Source of the DNA: an uncultured Clostridia bacterium
Lineage (GTDB): Bacteria; Bacillota; Clostridia; Christensenellales; UBA1242
NCBI GenBank assembly: GCA_944383405.1
Contig: CALWPL010000002.1
Coordinates: 67,358-131,357 of the forward strand
Reading direction: 5' to 3'
DNA length: 64,000 bases
Below are positions 27,058-38,300 of the stretch, piece after piece. Made by a program: the position numbers and the translations under genes. The stretch's first letter is position 1. Each line of letters begins with the position of its first letter. The notes below the pieces were generated by a model. The model was given only the letters and a program-made list of their open reading frames with translations. It was not told where the DNA came from and searched no databases.

Positions 27058-27645
27058 ATGTATAATTACATAATTGGAGAGATAAAACAAATTGGCGAAA
27101 ACAGCATTGTTGTTGAATGCAACAAAATAGGGTATGAGATGTTTGTGTCTACTCACGCCTTGAGAAACTTTGATGGGGTTGTAGGCGAGATTAAGATTTT
27201 TACATACTACCAAGTTAGAGAAGATGGGGTTAGTCTTTTTGGGTTTTATAGTGAAGAAGAAAAAGAAATGTTTATGCATTTAATAAGCGTTAGTGGAGTA
27301 GGACCTAAGGGGGCTATTGGCATTTTGTCTAATATTTCAGCAAGCGACCTTGGGGTAGTTATTGCAAGTAAAGATATTAAGACTTTATCGAGTGTAAAGG
27401 GGATTGGTAAAAAGACAGCAGAGAGGCTAATTACAGAACTTAAAGACAAGATAAATGTAATAGATATGGATATTAGTACAAATCTTGAAGTTGAAGTTAG
27501 TAGCGAAGTGGAAGATGCAATAACTGTGCTTGCATCTCTTGGTTTGACTAGAAATGAAGCCCTTAGAATTGCAAAAGGAGTTTTTGAAAAAGGAGACAGT
27601 GCAGAAGATATAATTAGAAAGTCGTTATCACAAATTGGCTCATAA
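27058..27645 (+). CDS. ruvA: Holliday junction branch migration protein RuvA
   Basis: MYNYIIGEI...GYEMFVS, and the HhH motifs LISVSGVGPKGA and VKGIGKKTAERL. Confidence 0.95.
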   Translation: MYNYIIGEIKQIGENSIVVECNKIGYEMFVSTHALRNFDGVVGEIKIFTYYQVREDGVSLFGFYSEEEKEMFMHLISVSGVGPKGAIGILSNISASDLGVVIASKDIKTLSSVKGIGKKTAERLITELKDKINVIDMDISTNLEVEVSSEVEDAITVLASLGLTRNEALRIAKGVFEKGDSAEDIIRKSLSQIGS

Positions 27646-27749
27646 AATGGCTTTTTATGACCTAAAAATGTGCTAAATTGATTTATTTTATTAATGACGC
27701 TTTAAAAGAAAAGTTTAAATAAAGCAAAATACGAAACAAGGGAAATAAT

Positions 27750-28793
27750 ATGAATGAGTTTATAAAGAGTACAAAAAACATGAGTGAAGTCGAGATTGAA
27801 AATTCGCTTAGACCTATAAGGCTCAGTGAATATATAGGGCAGGACAAGGTAAAGGAAAGTCTTAAAATATATATTGATGCAAGCAAAAAGAGAAAGGACG
27901 CACTAGACCATGTTTTATTATATGGACCACCAGGGCTTGGAAAAACAACGCTTTCTCACATTATTGCAACTGAACTTGGGACTCAACTTAAAGTTACAAG
28001 TGGTCCAGCGATAGAACACGCTGCCGACCTTGCGGCAATTCTTACTAATTTGCAAAAAAATGATGTTTTGTTTATTGACGAAATTCATAGGCTTAATCAC
28101 TCGGTTGAAGAAATTCTTTATCCTGCGATGGAAGATTATTCGCTTGATTTTATAGTTGGTAAAGGTCCAAGTGCAAGGAACATGAGGCTTAAACTCCAAC
28201 CTTTTACTCTTGTTGGAGCAACGACGAAAGCGGGAAATATTGCAAGCCCATTAAGAGATAGGTTTGGTATAATTTTAAGGTTAGAACTGTATGAAGAAAA
28301 AGAACTTGCAAGTATTATTTCACGAAGTGCAAAAATTTTAAATGTAAACATTAAGGAAGATGCAATAAGTGAGATTGCAAAGAGAAGTAGAGGAACGCCT
28401 AGAATTGCAAATAGGTTATTAAAAAGAGTTAGAGATTATGCAGAAGTAAAGTCTAATGGGGTTGTGAGTTTAGAAATTGCAAGGGAAGCATTAAAACTTA
28501 TGGATGTTGACGACAAAGGGCTTGATTTTGTTGATAGAAGATTGCTTGAAACTTTAATTAAAACATTTAAAGGTGGACCTGTTGGGGTCGAGACTCTTGC
28601 AACGGCAATAGGGGAAGAAGTGGCAACTGTTGAAGATGTTTACGAGCCTTACCTTATAAGGCTTGGTTTTATTGCAAGGACACCAAGGGGGAGAGTGGCA
28701 CTAAGTGGAGCATATAAGCATTTGGGGCTAAAAGAGCAAAAAGTTTTTAGCCAAGAAATGATGAATTTTGACGAAGAAGAAAAAGAAGATTAA
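27750..28793 (+). CDS. ruvB: Holliday junction ATP-dependent DNA helicase RuvB
   Basis: [12 protein letters not shown], Walker [10 protein letters not shown], Walker B LFIDEIHR and sensor [11 protein letters not shown]. Confidence 0.97.
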   Translation: MNEFIKSTKNMSEVEIENSLRPIRLSEYIGQDKVKESLKIYIDASKKRKDALDHVLLYGPPGLGKTTLSHIIATELGTQLKVTSGPAIEHAADLAAILTNLQKNDVLFIDEIHRLNHSVEEILYPAMEDYSLDFIVGKGPSARNMRLKLQPFTLVGATTKAGNIASPLRDRFGIILRLELYEEKELASIISRSAKILNVNIKEDAISEIAKRSRGTPRIANRLLKRVRDYAEVKSNGVVSLEIAREALKLMDVDDKGLDFVDRRLLETLIKTFKGGPVGVETLATAIGEEVATVEDVYEPYLIRLGFIARTPRGRVALSGAYKHLGLKEQKVFSQEMMNFDEEEKED

Positions 28794-29056
28794 AATATTT
28801 GGCAAGTTTTTAGGGGGAATTTTGGGTAAAAATGCTTGTTATATAGATATTAATTTGAATTTAGAATAATAAGAAGTTAAGGCAATAGGTGTGTTAAAAT
28901 TTTTATTTATATAATGGCATAAATTAAAAAAATTAGAAAAATTTTAATTTTATAAGATAAAATAAATTAGTAAAAAGGTTGAGAGAAAAAGTTTTATAAA
29001 ATTTTGCGAATTAATTAATAAATTTACTACTTATACATGACAAAAAGGAAAAAACA

Positions 29057-30121
29057 ATGATTAACTATTTAGACAAAAGCACATATAATTATGATTTGCC
29101 TGAAAGCCTTATTGCTCAAACTCCTATTGAGCCAAGAGACCATGCGAGAATGCTTTGTTTTAATATTGACAAAAAGGAAATTCAGCACAAGCATTTTTAT
29201 GATTTAATTGACTACTTAAAAAAGGGGGATGTACTTGTACTTAACAACACAAGGGTTATTCCTTGTAGGCTACTTGGCATAAAAGAAGGAACTGGGGCAA
29301 AGGTTGAAATATTTTTATTAAAAAGGATAAACTTAACTGACTGGGAAACGCTTGCAAAACCTGGTAAAAGGTTGAAAGTAGGGACAAGGGTTAAATTTTC
29401 TGATAATTTAAGGTGCGAGATAATAGGGGAAGAAAAAGAGATTGGTGGAAAAATTGTTAGATTTAGTTTTGAAAACTCTTTTGAAGAAGAGTTAAATAAG
29501 GTTGGAATTACTCCACTTCCACCATATATTAAAGAAAAACTTAAAAATAGCGAAAGGTACCAAACGGTTTATAGCAAGGTTAACGGTTCGAGTGCTGCCC
29601 CAACGGCAGGACTGCATTTTACTGACGACCTTTTAGAAAAAATTAGAGAAAAGGGCGTTATAGTTTGTTTTGTGCTTCTTCATGTGGGTCTTGGGACTTT
29701 TAGACCTGTTAAGGAGCAAAACATACTTGAACATGATATGCATAGTGAGTACTATGAAGTAGATAAGAATACTGCTGACATTATAAATAAGGCGTTAAGT
29801 GAAAAAAGGCGAATTATTGCTGTTGGGACAACAAGTGTGAGAACGCTTGAAAGTGCGGGCAAAACAGGAAAGGTAATTGCTGGGAGTGGGGAAACAAAAC
29901 TATTTTGTTATCCGCCTTATGAATTTAAAATTGTTGATTGTTTAATTACCAATTTTCATTTACCAGAAAGTACTCTTATTATGTTAGTGTCTGCATTTGC
30001 AGGGTACAAAAACACAATGAGAGTGTATAAGGAAGCGGTAGATAAAAAATATAGATTTTTTAGTTTTGGGGATAGTTGTTTTTTTTATAGAGATAGAGTA
30101 AATAAGAAGATTGAGAATTAA
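29057..30121 (+). CDS. queA: S-adenosylmethionine:tRNA ribosyltransferase-isomerase
   Basis: [35 protein letters not shown] and [12 protein letters not shown] are characteristic. Confidence 0.95.
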   Translation: MINYLDKSTYNYDLPESLIAQTPIEPRDHARMLCFNIDKKEIQHKHFYDLIDYLKKGDVLVLNNTRVIPCRLLGIKEGTGAKVEIFLLKRINLTDWETLAKPGKRLKVGTRVKFSDNLRCEIIGEEKEIGGKIVRFSFENSFEEELNKVGITPLPPYIKEKLKNSERYQTVYSKVNGSSAAPTAGLHFTDDLLEKIREKGVIVCFVLLHVGLGTFRPVKEQNILEHDMHSEYYEVDKNTADIINKALSEKRRIIAVGTTSVRTLESAGKTGKVIAGSGETKLFCYPPYEFKIVDCLITNFHLPESTLIMLVSAFAGYKNTMRVYKEAVDKKYRFFSFGDSCFFYRDRVNKKIEN

Positions 30122-31264
<1,143 letters not shown>

Positions 31265-31358
31265 AAGTGTTTTAGAATAAAAATGTTTTAATAATATTTT
31301 GCTTTTATAAAAAAATATTATATAATTAAAGCATAAAACTGAGTTAGGAGAGTATAAA

Positions 31359-32450
31359 ATGGCAGCAAAAAAGGAAGAAGTAAAAGAGAAACTTGACATT
31401 AAACCAAAGAACAAGGAAGATAAGATAAAACTTGCAGAGCAGGCGATTTTGCAAATTGAAAAGCAGTTTGGTAAGGGCGCTATTATGAAAATGGGCGAGA
31501 GAAGGCATGAAAAGGTAGATGTCATACCAACTGGCTGTTTGGTGCTTGACTATGCACTTGGGATTGGCGGCGTGCCAAAGGGGAGAATAATTGAAATTTA
31601 TGGGCCAGAGTCTAGCGGTAAGACAACGGTTTCGCTTCACATTATAGCACAGGCACAGAAATTGGGCGGAATGGCGGCGTTTATTGATGCTGAGCACGCT
31701 CTTGACCCTGTTTATGCTGAAAATCTTGGGGTAAATCTTGACGAATTATATGTTTCTCAGCCAGACAATGGAGAGCAGGCACTTGATATTTGTGATAAAC
31801 TTGTACAAAGCAATGGGTTTGATGTTATAGTCATTGACTCGGTGGCGGCACTTGCACCAAAGGCAGAGATTGAAGGGGAAATGGGAGATAATTTCATCGG
31901 TTTGCAGGCAAGGCTTATGAGTCAAGCGATGAGAAAACTTGCAGGAATTATAAGTAAGAGTAACACATGTGTTATTTTTATAAATCAACTTCGTGATAAG
32001 GTAGGCGTTATGTTTGGGTCTCCCGAGACGACTGCCGGTGGAAAGGCGTTGAAGTTCTATTCAAGCGTTAGAATGGATGTAAGAAGGATTGATTCTATAA
32101 AAGACGGAAGTGATATTATTGGAAATAGAACAAGAGTTAAAGTTGTAAAAAACAAACTTGCTCCACCATTTAAGACAGCAGATTTTGACATTATCTATGG
32201 TAAAGGTGTTTCAAACACCGGGTGTATTATTGACCTTGCTGTAGAAAATGGGGTAGTAAATAAGAGCGGAGCATGGTTTTCGTATAATGGAGAAAAAATT
32301 GGTCAAGGTAAGGAAAATGTTAAGATTTATCTTGATAGACATACTGATATTCGAGATGAAATTGAAAGTCGTGTAAAAGAAGTTCTTGACTGCGACAAAA
32401 AGACGGATTCTGAAGTTGATAACAAGGAAGAGCAAGAAAGTAGTGAGTAA
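31359..32450 (+). CDS. recA: Recombinase RecA
   Basis: Walker [20 protein letters not shown], and the L2 region [19 protein letters not shown]. Confidence 0.98.
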   Translation: MAAKKEEVKEKLDIKPKNKEDKIKLAEQAILQIEKQFGKGAIMKMGERRHEKVDVIPTGCLVLDYALGIGGVPKGRIIEIYGPESSGKTTVSLHIIAQAQKLGGMAAFIDAEHALDPVYAENLGVNLDELYVSQPDNGEQALDICDKLVQSNGFDVIVIDSVAALAPKAEIEGEMGDNFIGLQARLMSQAMRKLAGIISKSNTCVIFINQLRDKVGVMFGSPETTAGGKALKFYSSVRMDVRRIDSIKDGSDIIGNRTRVKVVKNKLAPPFKTADFDIIYGKGVSNTGCIIDLAVENGVVNKSGAWFSYNGEKIGQGKENVKIYLDRHTDIRDEIESRVKEVLDCDKKTDSEVDNKEEQESSE

Positions 32451-32641
32451 GGTTTTAGTATTTTATTTATAAATTTGTTACAAAATAATATTACTTAGTT
32501 TTAAGGTTTTTATAATTTATTTGACAAATAATAAAGAAAAATTGACAAGATTGATAATTACAGACTGATTATTTATAATTTATTTTTTAACAAGTAATAA
32601 AAAGTAATTTGCATTTATTTTGCAAAAAAGGAAGTAAAAAA

Positions 32642-34261
32642 ATGAAAAAAGGATTAAAAGGATTTTTAGTTAGTTTAGTTCTAATACTTTGTGTTTGTTT
32701 TCTTGGGGCGTGTAGTTTACAAGGAAAGAGTGCTTATGATATTGCCGTTGATAACGGGTTTCAAGGGAGTGAGACAGAGTGGCTTGAAAGTTTAAAGGGG
32801 CAAGATGGTAAAGACGGACAAGATGGTGGAAAGAGTGCTTATGAGATTGCTGTTGACAACGGGTTTGTTGGAACTGAACAAGAATGGCTTGAGAGTTTAA
32901 AAGGTCAAAACGGAACGGATGGAAAGGATGGGCAAGACGGAGCACAGGGAGCACCTGGGCTTAGTGGAGATTTAAGTGCAAGTGAATTATTTAATCTTGC
33001 TGTTGAGTTTGGCTTGTATGAAAACAATGCTGCTGGGTATCAAAAGTTTTTGGAAGATTATTTTTTAGATACTGCTGATACTACAATTGAGAGAGTTGCA
33101 AACAAATGCCTAAATCAAGTAATTTCAATTTATTGTCAAGGGGAAGATGGCTTATATACTGGCTCTGGCGTGTTTTATGAGATAAATAGAGATGATAATT
33201 ACGCTTATGTAATTACAAATTATCATGTAGTGGTTCTTGAAAAGACGACAGGCAGTGGGAGTGTTTTTGCTCCATCGCAAGTTGAATATGTAATTTCAGA
33301 CGAAATTTGTTGTTATATATATGGTAATGAGACTTTGTCTGGGAGCAACGGTAACTATGATTATGGAGATGGGGTGTTTTTGGCTGAATATGTGGGTGGT
33401 TCTGCTGAATATGACATTGCGGTACTAAAAATTAGCGGAGAAAATTTTGATAAAATAAAAAATAGCAGTATACAAGAAGTAAGTTTTGCTAATTCAGATG
33501 ATTTACAGGCAGGTTCAACTGCTGTTGCTATTGGTAATCCAATGGGACAGGGAATTTCTGTAACTAATGGGGTTGTAAGCAAGGTGTCAGAGAAGATTTC
33601 TGTTGAAATAGCAGGAGAGTATAGAACGCTTACTTGTCTTAGAATGGATACTTCAATCAATGGTGGTAATAGTGGGGGCGGAGTGTTTAATCTAAATGGC
33701 GAACTTATTGGTATTGCAAACGCAAAATATTCGGCTTCTGCTTATGAAAATGTTTCAAATGCAATTTTATCAAATAATGTAAAGGCTGTTAGTGAAAATA
33801 TTATTTACTACTATGAGTTGGGTGGGAGTCGTGAAAGCGTTGGTGTTCACAAGTTTTTACTTGGTTTTAGTTATACAAGTTGTGATAATATGAATACTTA
33901 TGACGAAGTAACGGGAACTAATACTTTGAGTTCAAAGATTCTTGTAGTGTCAGTAAATGCTGGAAGCAAGGCAGAGACAATGGGGCTACTTGTAAATGAT
34001 AAAGTTATTGGCGTTGTTATCACAAGAAATCAAGCAAGTCAAACTATTTATTTTGAAAATTATAATGAACTAGCAAATGTTTTACTTACGCTTCATGAAG
34101 GCGATAGTATTTCGCTTGTAGTTGAAAGGGAAAATGAAAGCGGCCAAACAAGTAATTTGACTCTAAATAGTTACACAATTACTGCTGACGATTTTACTAT
34201 TTCAAAAGATAATGCTTTGACAAGTTCTACAACAACTCCTGAAACCGAAGAAGGTCAATAA
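32642..34261 (+). CDS. Lipoprotein: trypsin-like (S1C/HtrA-type) serine protease with a duplicated collagen-like N-terminal module and a PDZ-like C-terminus
   Basis: I prefer the start at MKKGLKG (SD AAGGAAG). The lipobox is FLGAC. Two KSAY[DE]IAVDNGF.G.E.EWLESLKGQ.G.DG.DG modules follow. The protease core reads VITNYHVV ... DIAVLKI ... TSINGGNSGGGVFNLNGELIGI (catalytic GNSGG). The ORF track starts at 32609 on a TTG. Confidence 0.8.
   Translation: MKKGLKGFLVSLVLILCVCFLGACSLQGKSAYDIAVDNGFQGSETEWLESLKGQDGKDGQDGGKSAYEIAVDNGFVGTEQEWLESLKGQNGTDGKDGQDGAQGAPGLSGDLSASELFNLAVEFGLYENNAAGYQKFLEDYFLDTADTTIERVANKCLNQVISIYCQGEDGLYTGSGVFYEINRDDNYAYVITNYHVVVLEKTTGSGSVFAPSQVEYVISDEICCYIYGNETLSGSNGNYDYGDGVFLAEYVGGSAEYDIAVLKISGENFDKIKNSSIQEVSFANSDDLQAGSTAVAIGNPMGQGISVTNGVVSKVSEKISVEIAGEYRTLTCLRMDTSINGGNSGGGVFNLNGELIGIANAKYSASAYENVSNAILSNNVKAVSENIIYYYELGGSRESVGVHKFLLGFSYTSCDNMNTYDEVTGTNTLSSKILVVSVNAGSKAETMGLLVNDKVIGVVITRNQASQTIYFENYNELANVLLTLHEGDSISLVVERENESGQTSNLTLNSYTITADDFTISKDNALTSSTTTPETEEGQ
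32723..32941 (+). repeat. Tandem duplication (about 105 bp x 2) encoding the SAYxIAVDNGF...GxDGxDG module
   Basis: ggaaagagtgcttatga..attgc.gttga.aacgggttt...tggcttga.agtttaaa.gg occurs at 32723 and again at 32828. Confidence 0.9.
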
Positions 34262-34596
34262 TAAATATAAATAGATTTTATTAAATTAGAATAAATAATA
34301 GTTAGGTTTGTAAAAAAATATTTATACTAAAATTCTTATCACAGTTTTTGTGGTAGGAATTTTTTAGTTTAGATAAGGGGGTATGGTATTTGTTTTTATA
34401 TAACTTAGTAGAAAAATAATACATAATAAGTGTTTATTATTAAGATTAAGATAATAATAAAGGAATTAATGAAAAATTTTTATTTGTATTTGTTTTACTA
34501 AAAATATTATAAGTCTAGTGATTTAAACTAGATTTTTTTTGTTTAATATTTAGGCATATGAAATAAATTATTTAATTTATAAATAATAATTTTTAA

Positions 34597-34625
34597 TTGA
34601 CAGTTTAGTTTTAATGACATATACT
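34597..34625 (+). promoter_or_regulatory. Candidate sigma-A promoter (TTGACA-17-TATACT) upstream of the HTH gene
   Basis: TTGACA at 34597-34602 and TATACT at 34620-34625. The Cheo-box palindrome lies about 30 nt downstream. Confidence 0.45.
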
Positions 34626-34657
34626 ACAAAATATGGAAAGAGAGTTCTTTTTTTTAA

Positions 34658-34689
34658 CAATTTATTCGAACAAATGTTCGAATAAATTG
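34658..34689. promoter_or_regulatory. 32-bp perfect palindrome containing a Cheo/LexA-type box CGAACAAATGTTCG
   Basis: CAATTTATTCGAACA-AA-TGTTCGAATAAATTG has perfect 15-bp arms. The core matches the Firmicutes LexA (DinR) consensus CGAAC-N4-GTTCG. It lies 44 bp upstream of the ATG at 34733. Confidence 0.6.
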
Positions 34690-34732
34690 GCTTGAAAGTT
34701 TTTAACAAATAAGAATAATTAAAAGGATAAAA

Positions 34733-35044
34733 ATGAAAAAGTATTTGATATTTGCTATTTTACTTGAACTTGGGAAACACGATATTGTGCCAGCAAAAGT
34801 TCTTGCTGACAAATTTGAGATTTCAACTAGGAGTGTATTTAGGTATCTTAGCGAACTTGAAAGTGCTGGGATTCCTACTTTTTCTAAACTTGGAAAAAAT
34901 GGTGGGGTAGGGTTAAAGAAGAATTTTACTCTTGAAAGTTTATTATTAAGTGAAAGCGATAAAACATTTTTAAAGTCGGTCATTAATAGTTTAAATGTTG
35001 ATGATAGTAAAAAGAAATATTACATAGAGAAGTTATTATTATAA
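34733..35044 (+). CDS. Small HTH (HTH_11 / YafY-N-terminal-like) transcriptional regulator, 103 aa, lacking a WYL or other ligand domain
   Basis: ILLELGKHDIVPAKVLADKFEISTRSVFRYLSELESAGIP is a typical DeoR/YafY-type winged HTH. SD AAAGGA. Confidence 0.7.
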   Translation: MKKYLIFAILLELGKHDIVPAKVLADKFEISTRSVFRYLSELESAGIPTFSKLGKNGGVGLKKNFTLESLLLSESDKTFLKSVINSLNVDDSKKKYYIEKLLL

Positions 35045-35165
35045 ATTTTGCGTTTTATTTTTGGGGTTTTGTTTTTAATACATCTTTTTTTTGCTTTATT
35101 ATTTTCATGTTTGTTATCTTTTTAAAATTAATTATTTTTTTGTTGTTTACATTTTTTATTATTTT

Positions 35166-35430
35166 TTAAATTACATACTTTACTTTTTACTATCTAGTCT
35201 TTTAACTAACATATTTTACTCATTATTATTTACTCTTTCTTATTTGCTTTTTATTATTCAGTATTTAACTAGCATATTTTACTCTTTTTTATTTACTCAT
35301 TATTATTTATTTTTTTTACTATCAATTATTTTAGATTGTATATTTTACTCTTTGTTGCTCACTTTTTATTATTTACATTTATTATTATGCATTTAGATTA
35401 CATATTTTATTTTTTATTATTTACGGGCTT
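35166..35430 (+). repeat. Degenerate AT-rich tandem repeat, about 5 units of 60-66 bp, strongly T/C-biased on the plus strand
   Basis: Unit heads TTTA[AG]A[CT]T[AG]NCATATTTTACTC occur at about 35166, 35202, 35265, 35331 and 35393, each followed by ttattatttac-type tails. Confidence 0.75.
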
Positions 35431-35498
35431 TTTCTTTTTAGAGCAATGATTAAATAATTTAAAAAATTAAACATAAAATAGTTTTAAAGGGTAAATAT

Positions 35499-38105
35499 AT
35501 GGCAAAGTTTAAAAAAATTTTAAGATTTCTAAGTCCTGGCAGTAGTGATTTTGAAAGCCTTTTTGCAGGGAACGGGAGCATTGGTATAACCTTAATGGGT
35601 GGGGCGAGAAAGGAAATTGTAAAAATAAAAAGCATTGATGTTATGAACTCTGGGGTTTGTCTTGATAGTCAAAATTTAGGTAAAGAAGATAATAGAAAAA
35701 GTAATTATGAGGCTATAAAAGATTTGATGAAAAACAAAAATTATATAAAAGCACAAGAATATTTAGGAGAGTTTTTAGCAAAGAACAACTTTTATGGTAC
35801 TCTTAGTTCTAGTAAGGTTATATGTTTATTTGAAATAATACATAAAGAGTTAAAAGTAGTAAGTGATTATTTTAGGCAGGTTAATCTTGAAACTGGGGAA
35901 ATTGAGACAAGGTTTGCAGATAATCTTGGCGTTATGTCAAGAAAATGTTTTGTAGATAGAGAAAGTGATATTATTTGTTTTAAACTAATGGGAGAAAATA
36001 GAAAGATTGAAGTAGAGTTAAAACTTAGTCCTGTTGATGAAGGGCTTTTTAAGGTCAAAGTTGAAAGGAATAGCATTGTTTTTTTTAAAGATTATTATGG
36101 CTGTGTTTTATATCTTGAAAGTGATGGGCAAGTGAGTTTAACGATTGATAGTTTGATAGTAGATAATGCAAGTTACATTAATATTTATTTAAAAACTTTT
36201 GTTGTAAAAGATAATGATTTTAATAACGGTGTTAGTGGTGGGGGAAGTGTTATTGGTGGAATAGAAAAATATCAAAGGGATATTTTAGATAAAAAATTAA
36301 AGGAAGAATTGCTATCTATAAAAAGTGATGAACAAATTAAAAGAGATACTAGTTTAAAAGAAGAATCAGCATTTATAAAAGTTGATGAAAATACTGAAAG
36401 TGATAATAGTTTAAAAGATAGTATGCTGTGGGATGACGAACAAAGCGTAGTAAATAGTAATATTGAATCTAAAAGTAGCAAAATAATTAAAGAAAGTAAA
36501 GATGAAATTAGAAAGAAGGATAATAAATTTTTTACAAATATTATAGAGCAAGCGATATGTAGAGTAAAAGATAGTTTAAAAAAGGCAAATTATGACAAGT
36601 TATTTAGAAGAAGTAGTCAAGAGTTTTTGAAATTAGCAAACTTTCAAAATGTTGAATTTTTTTCAAAGGGAAATAAAACTATTGATGAAGAACTAATTGA
36701 TGTAAAAAAGGGAAGAATTAATGCAAGTTTAATTGAGAGTTTATATAATTTTGGGAAGTACCTATTTTTAAGTGGGTTTGATGGAAGGTTTGAAGGTGGG
36801 TTGTTTGGGAGTAATTGCTTGCAACTAGCAACAAGCACAGGGGTTATTGGGAGTATTTTTTCGCTTTTTTGTGGCATGAGTCAAAATGTAAAGGAGTATA
36901 TTCTTAGTTTTTATAGAAAAATTCCTGAGTATAGAGAAAATGCAGAAAAAATATATGGTTTGCAAGGCGTCTTTATTCCGATGTATCAAGACGAAGATAG
37001 CGGGGGGATAGTAATAAACAATGTCCAAAATCTGTACGACAAAAATGAAGGGAGTAAACTTTGTCTTTTAATTTATCTTTATTATAGAATTACAGGGGAT
37101 AGTTCAATACTTGACAAAGGGTATGAGTTAATATCTAATATTGGAGATTTTTACGAAAATTTCTTTATAAAAGATAATGCTACAAATGTTTTTGGGTCTC
37201 CGTTTGGGGTTAGTTGTAATAATAAATGCAAAAATACAGGGCTTAATATCGCTTCAAACTTAACGAGTGATTTTGCGGGAGCAAGTATTGTTTTTAAGGT
37301 ATTATGTGATTTGTGTGTTGAGTGTAACGACACGAAAAATTTAAAAAGGTGGGAAGAAGATTTATATTTAATTCCTAGTTTTGAAATTGACAAAAATGGA
37401 GTTATAAAGGAATTTTGTTTAAGCAAGTTTGAAAGGCAGGAAGAAAATACGAGCATTGACTATTTGTTTCCTTATAACTACGGTATAAAAGTTGGAGAAA
37501 ACAAAAAAGATTATGAAACGCTAGTTGTAAATTCTATTAAGGATAGGTTTTTAGGGGCATTAGGGAATTTTGACGCACAGGGGTTATCTAAACTTATGCT
37601 AGCACTCTTTACTTGTGGGGAAGGAAGGGATGGTGGGGAAATTTTAAAGACTTTAATTAGAAATTTTATTTCTCCTAGTTTAATTTTTTTTAATAGCGAT
37701 TACTACAATATGGGAGTTGGTAAAAAAGATAAAAAAGAAAATTTGTCAATTATTAATAATTTAATTTTTTGCATGGCAATACAGAATATGTTTGTTGTTG
37801 CAAATAAAAATTCGCTATATTTATTTGATAATTTGCCAGAATTTTTAAGTCGTGGAAGGTTAGTGAATTTAAAGGTGTCAAAAGACATTACTTTATCAAT
37901 TATTTACAATCTCAAAAGGGGAGTAGCAAAGATTAAGATAAAGTCAAGTGTTGATAACTTTATTAATATATATTTGCCAAGAAATTTAAAAAAGGTTAAG
38001 GGAAAAGACTTGCCGGAACTTAACAATATAGAAAATTCTTTAAAAGGAGTTTTTTTACAAAAAAATAAAGTAAAGAAAATTAAAGTGGTTTTCTTTAATA
38101 GATAG
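35499..38105 (+). CDS. Divergent glycoside-hydrolase-like protein (GH95/GH65-N-like N-terminus) with a charged low-complexity insert
   Basis: 868 aa. The N-terminus FAGNGSIGITLMGGARKEIVKI resembles the GH95 motif PxGNGxLGAMxxGG...E. An S/K/E-rich insert lies at about 36234-36534. The functional assignment is weak. Confidence 0.35.
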   Translation: MAKFKKILRFLSPGSSDFESLFAGNGSIGITLMGGARKEIVKIKSIDVMNSGVCLDSQNLGKEDNRKSNYEAIKDLMKNKNYIKAQEYLGEFLAKNNFYGTLSSSKVICLFEIIHKELKVVSDYFRQVNLETGEIETRFADNLGVMSRKCFVDRESDIICFKLMGENRKIEVELKLSPVDEGLFKVKVERNSIVFFKDYYGCVLYLESDGQVSLTIDSLIVDNASYINIYLKTFVVKDNDFNNGVSGGGSVIGGIEKYQRDILDKKLKEELLSIKSDEQIKRDTSLKEESAFIKVDENTESDNSLKDSMLWDDEQSVVNSNIESKSSKIIKESKDEIRKKDNKFFTNIIEQAICRVKDSLKKANYDKLFRRSSQEFLKLANFQNVEFFSKGNKTIDEELIDVKKGRINASLIESLYNFGKYLFLSGFDGRFEGGLFGSNCLQLATSTGVIGSIFSLFCGMSQNVKEYILSFYRKIPEYRENAEKIYGLQGVFIPMYQDEDSGGIVINNVQNLYDKNEGSKLCLLIYLYYRITGDSSILDKGYELISNIGDFYENFFIKDNATNVFGSPFGVSCNNKCKNTGLNIASNLTSDFAGASIVFKVLCDLCVECNDTKNLKRWEEDLYLIPSFEIDKNGVIKEFCLSKFERQEENTSIDYLFPYNYGIKVGENKKDYETLVVNSIKDRFLGALGNFDAQGLSKLMLALFTCGEGRDGGEILKTLIRNFISPSLIFFNSDYYNMGVGKKDKKENLSIINNLIFCMAIQNMFVVANKNSLYLFDNLPEFLSRGRLVNLKVSKDITLSIIYNLKRGVAKIKIKSSVDNFINIYLPRNLKKVKGKDLPELNNIENSLKGVFLQKNKVKKIKVVFFNR

Positions 38106-38300
38106 ATTAGATTTTTATCACAAATTTAAGTAAACTTAATTATAAATTTATTTAAAAATTTTTTTTATAAAATATTTTAGTATAGTTTTAGAATAATTTT
38201 AAAAAAGTGGTTTTAAGTAAATAAACTTTAAAAATAGCAAAATAAGAAGTTTTAGGAAGGGTAGTCCTTTTTTGCACTAGTTTTAAAAATACAAAACTAC

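Noticed and set aside
28794-29056. preQ1 or other riboswitch in the 260-bp leader of queA-tgt
   Set aside because: I could identify no conserved preQ1-I/II core or stable aptamer-like helices by eye. The region is nearly pure A/T. Running Infernal/Rfam would settle this.
31265-31358. LexA/Cheo box upstream of recA
   Set aside because: I searched for CGAAC-N4-GTTCG. The best candidate, agaataaaaatgtttta, does not fit the GAAC-N4-GTTC spacing. No convincing box is present.
35091-35396. 101-aa ORF (Y/F/L/I-rich) from the six-frame track
   Set aside because: It is a translation of the T/C-rich tandem repeat array. It starts on a TTG with no SD, and its extreme low-complexity composition follows the DNA repeat period. 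I treat it as non-coding repeat sequence.
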